Source of the DNA: Mytilus edulis
Taxonomy: Eukaryota
Length of the DNA: 64,000 nt
Reading direction: 5' to 3'
Assembly (NCBI RefSeq): GCF_963676685.1
Contig: NC_092354.1
Coordinates: 60,016,001-60,080,000, forward strand
The position numbers and the translations under genes were made by a program. The notes under the pieces were generated by a model. That model was given only the letters and a program-made list of their open reading frames with translations, searched no databases and was not told the origin of the DNA. Every line of letters starts with the position of its first letter. Position 1 is the stretch's first letter. Of the stretch, positions 12,571 through 25,300 are shown piece after piece.

Positions 12571-14402
12571 TAATATTATATTATTTGCTTATCAGTTGAC
12601 ATGACTGACTCCTTTGTCGGTTCACCTAATTGAAGTTTACTGCAGTTATCTCTTTGATTACGACTTTGAGCGTATATCTAATCGCGTTTGTTCTATTTAT
12701 TTCGTTCACGGTTTTCATCTTGAAGTAGATTTTTCAAATTTAACATAAAACGGTTTCTGGAGAAGTGACCACTTTCTGTACTGAAGCAATTGATTCCACC
12801 AAGTAGTATGTATGATAGGTTTCGTGTTTCCCAATTTGTAGATTTCTTTAAAGGTTTTGTGAACTTGCCTTTCGATAGTTTTTCTGTGAAACAAGGTTAA
12901 GCTCTCAAAAAGATATTTACACATAGATCTAGCACATTTAGTATGGATGTTTTTTTTATACCCCCTCCGAAGAAGGTAATTAGTTTTTTTTTCGATATTC
13001 AAGGTTTCCACGTGTCCTACATAGAAATGAACTCGTTGTACTTCAAGTAAGAAGAAAGCTTGACATTTCAAGACGATAAGTAAGGCTCTATGATTATTGA
13101 TTCTTATTTCAGGCATTAAAAATAAAATAGCAGTTAATTCTTCCGGAGCTGTTAATACTTTACTTTAAGAAATCGTTATTCTAAAAAGCTACTTAAATTT
13201 GAAAAAAAAGATAATAACATTTATTCATTTCATTTATTGATTGCAAATATTCTTTAAAAGATCTATGTGTAAAATCATTTTCACTTTTCTTTATCTTATT
13301 TATCTTTATAGAGGATGCAGCCGATATATTTCGTGGTTACGAAGTTCCCTTTAAAATACACATCATTCAATGGTGATAAAAAACACATAGTCACTGTCAT
13401 GTTATTAATTGTTTAATTTTTCTATATTACTTCATATTTTATACGGATATGTCTCATCTGCTTAAGGATGTTTGTAGATAGATGTTTTTGTGTTCTGTTA
13501 AATTGTTATACGATGATGACTGATGTACCCATATTCTGACTATTTTATTTATTGTGTCTGTTTAGTTAACGCATCAATGTAAATATAACGGAAATTTATG
13601 AGACTGTCATCAAAGTGAGAGGGTTAGCGCTATAAAACCAGGTTTAATCCACCATTTTCTACATTTGAAAATGCCTGTACCAAGTCAGGAATATGACAGT
13701 TCTTGTCCATTCGTTTTTGATGCGTTTTGTTATTTGATTTTGCCATGTTATTATGGACTTTCCGAATTGATTTTCCTCTAAGTTCAGTATTTTTGTGATT
13801 TTACTTTTTTTTAAGGATGTTCGCTACTCTTGTTTTTTGACCTTTTGTCAGAAATTCGGCATCCTCTAGTTTTATCCATGAATTACCAATATCTCCCCCT
13901 TTTCAACTCATACTTTCTGTTCAAATTCTTATTGCATATAGTTTAACTAGCCATTTGTGAAACCTTATGAAATCCTTGCAGAGTGCATCCTGTTTGTCTG
14001 TTTGTCTTTTTCATTTTTAGCCATGGCGTTGTCAGTTTGTTTTAGATTTATGAGTTTGACTGTCCCTTTGGTGTCTTTCGTCCCTCTTTCAACAAATATG
14101 TAATCTATAATCATATCGTATAGTAGCAAGATAGGAAGCATGATAAAACCATATGTTGGACCTTGAAATTGAAACATAACTAAAAGTATTAAAGCATTTT
14201 ATAATCAAATAATTACATTAGATGTATGTTTCACTATAATACGTTATTCTGATTGGCTAACTGTACATCACGTGTTATTTCTTAAGCAATTGCATTACTC
14301 AATAAAACTTTTCATTCATGATAACACGAGGTCCCACAATAAAGTGCACAGGTGAATCAAATTAAAAAATGATAAAATTCGTGTTTTCATGATCCTAGCT
14401 AA

Positions 14403-16120
14403 TACCCCAGTCCCACTAGGCCACGATCGCACTACGATCTGTGAAAAAAATGCAAATTTTGATGATCGTAGTGCGATCGTGTAGATCGCAGTAAGGTCGT
14501 ATCACGGTCGTGGTGAGGTCTTCAAGATCGTGAAGAGCGTGGCCAACTTTGAACATGTTCAAAACAATCGTGGTGCGGTCGTGGCGAAATCAGGTCGTAG
14601 AAGAAGCGTAGTGAGAGCGCACTAAGATCGTAGTAAGATCGCAAAGGTCGCTGTACAATCGCAGTGAGAGCGTAGCGAAAGCGTGATTCTATTCGGAGAG
14701 ACTGCTCTACGATCGCACAGCGACATTATTACGACCTCACTACGACCATCACGTTCTCACTGCGACCCAACTACGCTTCCACTACGACTATACCACGCTG
14801 TTCACGACCATAGTATGATTCTAGCACGCCATTGCTGTCCTCATCACGCTCTTCTTACGACCTGACTACGTTCACACTACGACCATCATTCTCATTGTCA
14901 TTTTCACATAAAATATATAAAAAAGCTCCCTAGATTTTGTTTGTTTGAATGTAATTATCCATTTGCTCTAACGGCTCAACCATGCTTCTCGTTTTTATAT
15001 AGATTAGACCGTTGGCTTTCCCGTTTAAATGGTTTAACACTAGTAATATTTTGGGTCCTTTATAGCGTGCTGATTGATATGAGCCAAGGCTCCGTGTTGA
15101 AGGCCGTACCTTGGCCTATAATGGTTTACTTTTATAATTTGTTACTTGGATGGAGAGTTGTCTCATTGGCACTCATACCACATCTTCCTATATATATTGA
15201 TACATCTATGTCATATCTGCTTTCGTTCACTAAAATATCGTCATTGAGCTTTATGGACCAGCAATAGGTTGTAATTTAGGTTGGATCTCTGCTTGATCAG
15301 GATTCGTTACTTTGCTCCCTCTGCCTCTCCATCAACTCCTACCACCATGCCCACGTGTTCTTGTAGAATTTGGTGGCATGGCTGTATTGTTTCCGAGAAA
15401 TCTACGATTTAATTAAGGAATGACTGTAATATTTTTTCTGTCTATGAAGAAATAACATTAAAAATTTGGTGCACACTGAATAACGCGCGTAGCGGGTTAT
15501 TTGACAGTGTGCACCACATTTTTTGTGTTATTTCGAATAGACAGAAACAATATTACAGTCATTTCTTATAATTAATTCTAAATTCCATTTTAAACTGTAG
15601 AAAACTACGAAAAAATGTTGATGACGTCACGGTCACATGACTTAATTATGTCTGGGCTGATAACAAAATAACGTCATCCAATCAGAAGACGCGTTACATC
15701 CAAAATTAAATTATTCAGAAATAGAAGGAATTGAACTGTATTGATATGGAACACGATGTTGACGTAATTGCTGAGAACGTAGTAAGATCGCGCTATAAAT
15801 GTAGTATAATCGTGGTAAGAACGTGTTATAATCGCAGTAAGATCGTGTTGCAATCGGATAACTCGTGGTATGGTCGTAGTGGGAACGTGAAGAGCGTAGA
15901 CAGATCTTGATAAGCGTAGTGAGGTCGCAGAATAAACGCGGTGAGAACGTGGTATAATCGTAGCGGGATCTTTGTAGAAGCGTAGAGAGGACGTAGTAGC
16001 ATCGTGAAAGCAACGAAAATTTACATTTTCATGCCGCTCATACTGCGACCTCACCACGATCAAAATTTATTTTAGATCGCGGTGAGCGTGGTGCAATCAT
16101 GGTCTAGTGGGACTGGGGCT
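14403..16120. mobile_element. PIF/Harbinger-type non-autonomous element, TAA TSD, with nested insertions
   Basis: taa|TACCCCAGTCCCACTAGGCCACGATCGCACTACG ... CGTGGTGCAATCATGGTCTAGTGGGACTGGGGCT|taa. Confidence 0.8.
15411..15715 (+). mobile_element. Long-palindrome non-autonomous element (possibly Crypton-type) nested in the Harbinger element
   Basis: ~75-bp inverted arms (15414-15568) around GCGTAGC, followed by CCAATCAGAA at 15678. Confidence 0.55.
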
Positions 16121-17969
16121 TAAGAAATGTAATTATAAGTACTGAATGCTTCTTTTTGTAACCTCATAGGGTTGTCAAAGCGTTGACCGTGCGCACATTT
16201 TTATAATAAAGCGCTTCCGCGCTTCATACAAAATGTACTGAAGTTACAAAAAGAAGCATTCAATTCTTAAATGACTTGAGTAATTATATGTTTATAAGGG
16301 TAATGTAATTTTGACATTTAAATGCCATGCAAAAGATAAGTTCATATTTTGATTATTCACATCGTTTCTAAATGTAAAATATGTTTAAACTGGACCGATG
16401 CACTCACAACATGAATATAGTTTCACATTTCAAGGAAACCTAGGATTCCATTCGCTTGACTAAATCACTGTAAACACGTGTATCGAACGTAGATCCGACG
16501 TGTTAACCGAGCAAAGATAAAAAGGACCAATCCCTTTCTATAGTTTTTATAGATATGTAAATCATGGAAGAATTTTGTCACAATGCATGCGTGAATATGG
16601 TCTTCAAGCTAAACTACCTTAACCGCATAGGAAAATCTGACAGAGACGAGGTAACGGGCGAACCTACTAATAACAAAACTTATGCATTTTCTAATACAAC
16701 ATTTAGTCGGGACATAAAAAAGTTACATTGTTTCAGTTGAACAAAGTATATCAAAAGATTCTAAAATAAATCGAAAAAAAGAAAAGAAAATCTGAAAAAA
16801 GTGATTTTTATAAATGTGCTTGCGAAGATCATACTGGCAGGTAAATGGATGAAAAATGGACACGTAAATAACAAACAAAGACAATAACAAACAAATCAAA
16901 ACAAAAGATATTAAAAGTAAACCTAAAAAAAACAAAAAAACTCATAACTACAGTAATTTAAAAAAATGTATTTAATTAGCCCAAATCAAAATTATTGGTA
17001 AGTAAATGTATGGTAGAAAGACACTAAATGTTTTTTAAATAGAGAAAAATAACAAAGTAAAACAAAAGATACTAAAAGTAAATTGAAAAGAAGAAAAAGA
17101 ACTCCCCCAAAAATAGTAATTTGAATAAATGTACTTAATTAGCCCAAAACAAGTTTATTGGCAAGTAAACACATTTAGGTGGAAGATATGCATTTAAAAC
17201 AAAAGATGCTAAAAGTAAATCGAAAACAAGAAAAAAGAACTAAACAAAATTATTGGCAAGTAAATGGATGGTATCAAGGCACTTACAATGAAAATTCGAT
17301 AGCACCTTATGCACTGTTTTGATTCTAAAAGCGTTTTTCTTGTCCCTTTTCAACCGTTGACACGTCTAAGCCATTATTCTGAAAATAACAAATTCTTAAA
17401 CGATACTTTGTCGTTAATCCATTGAATAATCTGACAATGAAGATCGTTCGGGATAGGAAAAGTAAAATTTATCTAAATAAATGATTTATTCTTGAATATT
17501 GAATGTGCATGTGTAACAACATTATGGCAGCACCTATCGATAAAAAACAAACTTAAATAGCAAACGAATTCAGTCAGTATTTCATAACGTCGGAAACGAA
17601 TCAAAAAGGGGATTCGAAATCAATGGTAGAATATTTATGCTACTAAATTTCCCTTCCTCGGAGGAAATAGAATATTGTAAAACAGTAAATAGAATTTTGT
17701 TAAAATATTATTTTAGAGGTGTAAATGGAGATATTGAAATGCATTTTTAGTTGATCACTTGTGGATCCTGTTTGTTTGGACTGATGTTCATGGTTATATG
17801 CTTGGGGTTGCAAATAATTTTGGTGATTACAATTGGGGCCATGATTAAAATATTGTTTTCATATCGTTTTAATTTAAATTTACATACGGTGATCTACCTA
17901 ATTGGCGGCGGATGTTTACGTTCTTTGATAGAACATTTCCGTCGTTTAATAGAAAATGGTCCTATATAA

Positions 17970-18345
17970 TTGAATTTTAATGTGCGTATTGTTATGCGTT
18001 TACTTTTCTACATTGGCTAGAGGTATAGAGGGAGGGTTGAGATCACATATACATGTTTAATCCCGCCTCAATTTTGCGCCTGTCCTAAGTCAGGAGCTTC
18101 TTGCCTTTGCTAGTCTTGTATAATTTTTAATTTTAGTTTCTTGTGTATAACTCGGAGTTTAGTATGACGTCCATTATCACTGAACTAGTATAGATATTTT
18201 TTAACGGGCCAGCTGAAGGACGCCTACGGGTGCGGGAGATTCGCGCTACATTGAAGACCCATTGGTGGCATTCGGCTGTTGTCTGCTCTATGGTCGGGTT
18301 GTTGTCGCTTTGACACATTCCCAATTTCCTTTCTCAATTTTATTT
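17970..18345 (+). repeat. Interspersed SINE-like repeat; related copies at ~31430-31790 and ~55910-56130
   Basis: Shared GTGCGTATTG...TTTTCTACA(T/A)TGG...TAGAGG...CATGTTTAA sequence in several places. Confidence 0.6.
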
Positions 18346-19301
18346 GAACATTGCATTATTAGGGTGGAACTCCATTTCCATACTTTAAAATAAATGTGCC
18401 CACATGTCTTTGGTATGAGAAAATAATCCTGTATACGACACTATTGTCTACAAACAGTCTCACTGTTGGTAAAGGCCTCATGGAAGGTCGTGTATTAAAC
18501 AAATGAAATACACCGGTTCATTTGTCTCATTATAGCTTTGACTTAAAGAAAACTTTATCAAAGTCAGATTATCTTATAAGATCAACGTTTGCAACCTTAG
18601 CTTTAGTACACAATTATTTTTGTATTTTTAGGTAATTTTTCATTATTCCCTATTTCTGCCATATTCTCTTTTTTGTATGTTATACAATAAATATATGGTG
18701 TCGCCCTTTTTACGATTAATACTTTTGAATAGGGACATATGGTTGGACCCCCTCCCTTTTATTCTCAAGTGACCCCCTTTTAGAGCTGACTGGATCCGCC
18801 ACTGTATTTTACACGAATGTTTTCGTGTAAGATGCGACATACTTCTTCACTAAACTGAAAAAAGGAACACATACCTAACTAATGAAAAATATGATGCGGA
18901 CTCAAAATTTACAATGAGTTAAAAAACGGAGAATGGTAGGAGAATGCTCTAGATCTGTTCTCATTTAATTTTCTGTAAGAACCGTTAAACAGGCTGAACC
19001 TTTAAGAATGTATTCATAGAAATAAGAAGTTGTGGTATGAGTGCCATTGAGCAAACTTTTCATCCAAGTCATAATGTAAAAAGTAAACAATTATAGGTCA
19101 AAGTACAGATTTCAACACGGAGCCTGGGGTCACACCAAACAGCAAGCTATAAAAGTTCCCGAAATTACTATATTGTAAATCAATTCAAACAGGAAAACCA
19201 AAAGTCTAATCTATATCAAAAACGAGAAACATTTATTAACTACATGAACAAACGACAACATTTGAACAACAGGTTGCTAACATATTTATTGTAAACTTCA
19301 G

Positions 19302-22300
19302 GACACCTGCACACGTCTAGTGTATCATATCTAGAAGCCGTCCATTATGACAGAGAGTCACTCCATCATCAACATCGAACAAAAAGGTCTACAGAAGAAT
19401 TAGTTCATCTTCAGTTTGAAGCTTTCTCAAGGTATGTTTAATTAACTCCATTCGGCACACGTCGGCATCTTTTGTTCGTTGATGGGTAGTGAATCTACAG
19501 ATATTTGCCTGTTCAAAACAACAAATTCGAAACAACTAAAAAAAATTGTAGGCACAACCAGACACATGGATAGTGTTAACACAATATAGCTAACCTATTT
19601 TTACATCAATATAACAAGTATGTAAAAATTGATACTCTAAGAATATCTCGTAGTTAAAGATGTCTTCATATTAGTACGTGGTTATGACTATATAATAATA
19701 CTGATAGTAAATAAACTAGAAACACAATGAATAATTATCACCAGATTTAGTATTATCTCACATGGAGTGTATCTCACAAGGAGTGTATCTCACATTAAGT
19801 GTATCTCAAATGAAGTGTATCTCACATGGTATGTATCTCACACGGAGTTAATCTCACATGAAGTGCATCTAACATGGAGTGTATCTCATATGAAGTGTAT
19901 CTCAAATGGAGTGTATCTCACACGGAGTGTATCTCACACGGAGTGTATCTCACACGGAGTGTATCTCACATGAAGTGCATCTCACATGGAGTGTATCTCA
20001 CAAGGAGTGTATCTCACATGAAGTGTATCTCAAATGGAGTGTATCTCACATGAGTGTATCGCACATGAAGTGCATCTCACATGGAGTGCATCTCACATGG
20101 AGTGTATCTCACATGAAGTGCATCTCACATGGAGTGTATCTCACATGAAGTGCATCTCACATGGAGTGTATCTCATATGGAGTGTACATTACACGATTGA
20201 AGATGAACACAAAATGAGTGCACTTTACACAATTCACGATATGGAAAGTTGAGTGTACGTAAAATGGAAAACACACGGAATGATTAACGATGATTGCACG
20301 TACAGTGAATAAACTAGGAATGATGATTGCACGGACAATAGGTCAGTTTAAGTTTTAGAAGGTCTGTACATTGTCGAAGAATTATGTTGATTGATTTTCA
20401 GATTAATAAAAGTATATTTCCTTTTAGGAAATGGTCTGTAAAACTGAAAAGAGATGCAAGTATATTTCATAACAATATCATCATAGAGAACAGCAAAGGC
20501 CCGGTGACGTATGACTTTCATTCTGCATATACAGGAAAAATTGAAGGTAAGTATAGCTGCTATGCACCGACTTCATATACATTGCATTCTCATTATACAA
20601 TGAAAGGCGAATGTAGACTCTATTGTTAGGAACATATGTTTCTGTATATACAGGGAAGGTAGAAAGCTGGTGCTTTTGTCTGTGAATAATTTGTATACAT
20701 TGGGAATGTAAAAGTTTAATAGTTTCTATTCCCACCTTAGTAATGCCATCATACATTCTCCATTCACTAGGGAAACAGAATATCAGTAGCCTCTTTTAGT
20801 CTGTTGACCTGCGACGCGCTTTGATTAAATATAATATATAAACATGGCATAGAAAACCCATGACTGACTGAGCAACACAAACTCAATATAAAAAACTGGA
20901 ATTGATCTAAAAATTATTTAGAAACTGTAAGACTATTCTTCTTATCATGTGAAACCCACTGTGTTGCTCATTATTGTCAAATCTGGTGCGGAATCGTGTA
21001 CAATTTCGTTTCTGGTATTTGGACCTATTGATAATTATCAATTCTACAAATGCTCCGCAGTAATGTTTATCATAGCTTTATTACATGTTATATGTCCCTG
21101 TTGCTTTAATAATTTGAACACAAAGTCATGATTGAAATGATGTGAAAAACCTGATTTAAAATTCTTTTCTCTCTTTAGGCGAAAAGTCACATGTATTTGG
21201 AACAGTAACGACAACTGGACATTTTGAAGGTCAAATTCAGCTTCATAAGGACTCATTTGTTATTGAAAAAGCATCTCGTCATAATATAAAAGATGAAGAT
21301 ATCCATACAGTTATTTATAATATTAAAGATGTAAATGTACCTACAGAATCACATTTTTGTGGCTTGAACGTAAAAAATAAACAGCTAAAACCGGAAGTAA
21401 AAGATAACATAAATACGCATGACAGTATGGATGATTTCAAACTTCGATATACATCTGGATTAACCGACAAACACAGAAGATATAGAAGAGCGGTGGATCC
21501 TAAGAAAAAGATATGTGAACTATATATTCAAGTTGATCATACACTTTTCTTTAGATATAACAATGTGACAGATGACGTGATAGCTAACATAAATAATCAC
21601 GTGATGGCAGTTAATTCCATTTTTAATGCTGTTGGTAAGTACAAGATCTCAAGAAATAATGCCAATTACGAGTTTTTTGTCTATCAACTCATGGACATAC
21701 CTTTGTCATTTTTGAGGTAACGTCATCAGCGTTTTAAAATAATCATTTACTCAACGTAGAACTGAATTATAAGCAATCGGAAGAACTGCAACATTTTCCT
21801 GTTTTTTTCTGTTGTTAGATAAACATACCCGATATCTGTATTCTATTTTTTATTCATTCATACGTTCAATGAATTAACAGACTAAATTTTCAATAATAAA
21901 TGTATTAAGTAAGACATATCACACATAGGCTTTAGTTTTACTACTAGTGCTTTAAATTCTTTCTTTTTACAGATTTTGATAGTGACACTTCACCAGATAG
22001 TATAGGGTTTTCAATTAAACGAATAAAAATTCATGACGATCCTTCAGCGTCTGAATATAAATATTCTGGCAATCACGGCGTGAATTCAATGCTCTTTCTC
22101 CATTCAGAAGAAAACCATGACCAGTTTTGCTTATCTTACATTTTTACACATAGAGACTTCGATAATGGTATTCTTGGTCTTGCCTGGACAGCGGAACCAG
22201 GAACGTCTGGTGGACTCTGTTCGAGGTATACGGTAAGATTCATTTGATTAAATTATACTGTAAGATTCGTTAATTCGAGATATACTATAAAATATTTTTG

Positions 22301-25300
22301 TTCGATGTATATATTAAAATTCCCTAGGTCTAGCTATGCGGTTAGCGTCGTTAGTTCGCGGTAAAAAGTCAGATTCGTTAGTTTGATTTATACTGAACGA
22401 TTTGTTTGTTCGAGGTATATGATGAGATATGTCAGTTCGAGGTAAAAGATAGGACTCGTTAGTTCAAGAGATACGATATGAGTCTTTAGTTCGAGATAAA
22501 CTGTAAGATTCGTTAGTTAGAGGTATTCGATAGTTTTGGTTAGTGATTGAGGGAAGTGTATTAACATAAGTTTCCCTGTGCAAATGCTGTGTATATTCCA
22601 TCAATATTTCAAGTTTTTAAAATGTCTTCAATGTCAATTGTTCATTCCTAAAATTATGACGATTATAATGAGCTTCCTTTTGAAATAAGTTATAAACTAT
22701 TCTTTCGAGAAATAGTGCAGCATTTTTATTCGTGGAATCATTAGTCTTTCACTACTTTAACTTGGGTGTACTACGTATTTATACACTGTTGAAAATAAGT
22801 GAATGAAGCAAGTCTTTTTTAAATAAAAGTAAATTTAGTTTTGTTTATTAATTTTTCTTGTATCCGTAACCTTATGTTATGATAAGTCTATGGGCGAATT
22901 ATCTTTGTTGTTCGGTGAGGACTTTAACATGTTTTAGTATTACATTATTGGGTTATTATTTTTGATGAATATTCAACAGATTGTACAAAGAATTATGTAT
23001 TTTTTACGCTTTATATGTTACGCCATTGGCAACAACCATTTTTTTGTAGACATCAGAGGGTGAAATTTTGTGATTGATATCAAATTTGAATTTATCAATT
23101 TTTTTTTATTTGAAATTACGATAATTGATTGTACGACCTACGTTATAATTGATTTGTGTCACGATATGTTTTTTACAATAGCAATTATTCCTTTCAGCTT
23201 TACACCGATGGGCGTCTTAGTCTAAACACTGGTATAGTGACAGATATTAATTATGGAAATGATGTTACTACAGCTGTATCATACGTCACGTTTGCACATG
23301 AGATTGGTCATAATTTTGGATCATTGGTAACTATGTTTAAATATTATTTTTTTGTTAGTTATCTCCTGCATAATCAGTTATTTTTAAGTATCATCTTCTG
23401 TTGTGTGTCAGCATCTTACGTATTATGAGTAATTTCATTGTTCGTACCCAATATATCACTTTGGAGTTTGTCCGTCACCGGAAAAAAAAATCGTCAATTA
23501 TGACGTCATTTACCACATAGAGGGGACCACCTGTATCCATGCATTACTAACGTTCATCAAGAGACATAATTTATCGAAAAGAAGATCTGGTGTATCAAAA
23601 TTGAAACTGTTATTACTTTAATTTGTAATAAAATAAACCAAGATGTAAGAATCTGCCTTCAACTGCTTTGCCTTTTTTTTTTTATCGATAGACATTCATC
23701 TGTATTTCAGCATGATGAGTCCTCTAATCTAACATGTGCACCTGGCGGGAGTAGTGGTAACTATATCATGTTCGCCCAAGCTACTGCTGGAACTAAATCT
23801 AATAATGTTCTATTCTCGTCATGTAGTATATCTTCTATGGCACCAATGGTTGAATCAAGAGGACGCGATACAGCTAATGGATGTTTCGTGGGTAAGAATT
23901 ATTCAAATGAATAAAATGAAAGTATAATTGTTCACAGGGGACAAATAGGCCACCGATTTAACATGAACAGTTTATGAGTCAATCAGCACCTTTTTTACAC
24001 TAATACCCCTTAATGGGAATGTGTTCCATCCTATAATGTATCTTGTCAAAATTATACATGTACGATCATAGTTCTCTATATTTGTACCTACACCCAAATA
24101 CGTAGTACGCAGACTGTTACAGGTCATTCTATATTTAAACATATCAATATTTCTATCATATTGTCATCTCACTCGTAATACGTTGTTAGTCTCATATCCC
24201 TCTTACAAACGCATTTGATGTGTTTACTATATTTCCAAGCAAACATTTACTTTGATGTCAACATATCTGACTGTAAACTGCTTATTGCTGTGTTATAACA
24301 AGCCTAGACACTCGTTTTGTCCCTTTCAAAGTACAGGAATGATACAGCACGTGTACCAGTAGACTAGTCATTCTGGGATACTGGATCATCACTGGAGTCT
24401 TTCGCAGAAATGCTTAATAGAGAATTGAAACTAACAACCATGTATGATGAGGTGTGCGTTTTTTCCTGTCTGCGAGGAAAATTCACCAAACATGGCGGAA
24501 GTTATTTTATTTTTGTATTTACAGAATATGCGTCAGCCACATGTGGTAATAAAGTAGTCGAAAGTGGTGAGGATTGTGATTGTGGCTGGGACGACGATTG
24601 CACAGATCCTTGTTGTTATCCTACGCTGTCAGCTACTGGTCCGGACTCAGCTAAAGCTTGTCAGTATAGACCAGCGGCCACGTGTAGGTGAGCTCATTTT
24701 ATACGAAATGTACATGTGCAATTCAGGAAAGTATTGGCATTTTATGATACAGTTTTATATAATAAATTGAATCAATAAGGATCACCGTTAAGATATAACT
24801 TGATATGCTTTTCGAACAACGACATAGTTGTACTTTCGATCAAGCGTTTGTTTTGTCTAAGCTGCTTATTTGTTAGACACAAAATTCCCATTAGCATTGA
24901 AGTTGTGTGCCAATTTAGATATTTTCATTTAGTGCAGTGTTCCGAAATACACAAATATGCTGTTATAAACTCAAAGTGTGCTTTGTGTTGCATATTCGAG
25001 TTAAAATCGAAAAATGACTATCACGTAAAACATCCATTAGAAATAGTGTATCATTAAAATAAGGTAATTAAAACCATAGTTTAAACTCATTATTGGTACC
25101 AGGATTTTAAGCTTGTTTGCCAGACGAGTATTCAATTTCAAAATACTTATCAGTGGTCGATACTAAAATAAACAAAGTGGAAAAAATATTTTTAAGTCTT
25201 GCTTTGGTATTATATATTTACATTGAAAAATTATTAAGATACTTTGGGTCCATCTTCAATTTTCTTAAAAGCATAATTACCTAAGGTTTGAAAGAAACTA

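Noticed and set aside
12117-12604. Hydrophobic overlapping ORFs
   Set aside because: Translation of a T-rich degenerate minisatellite.
12715-13116. 133-aa minus-strand ORF
   Set aside because: No recognisable domain or splice context; left unannotated.
14683-16063. Several 60-130 aa ORFs
   Set aside because: They lie in low-complexity internal repeats of a non-autonomous element and have no transposase motifs.
17751-17969. Hydrophobic ORF as the ADAM signal-peptide exon
   Set aside because: No phase-1 GT donor compatible with the 19302 exon was found in that frame; cannot be fully excluded.
19754-20252. Repetitive ORFs or CRISPR-like array
   Set aside because: Head-to-tail 16-bp minisatellite with no unique spacers; eukaryotic intron; no cas genes.
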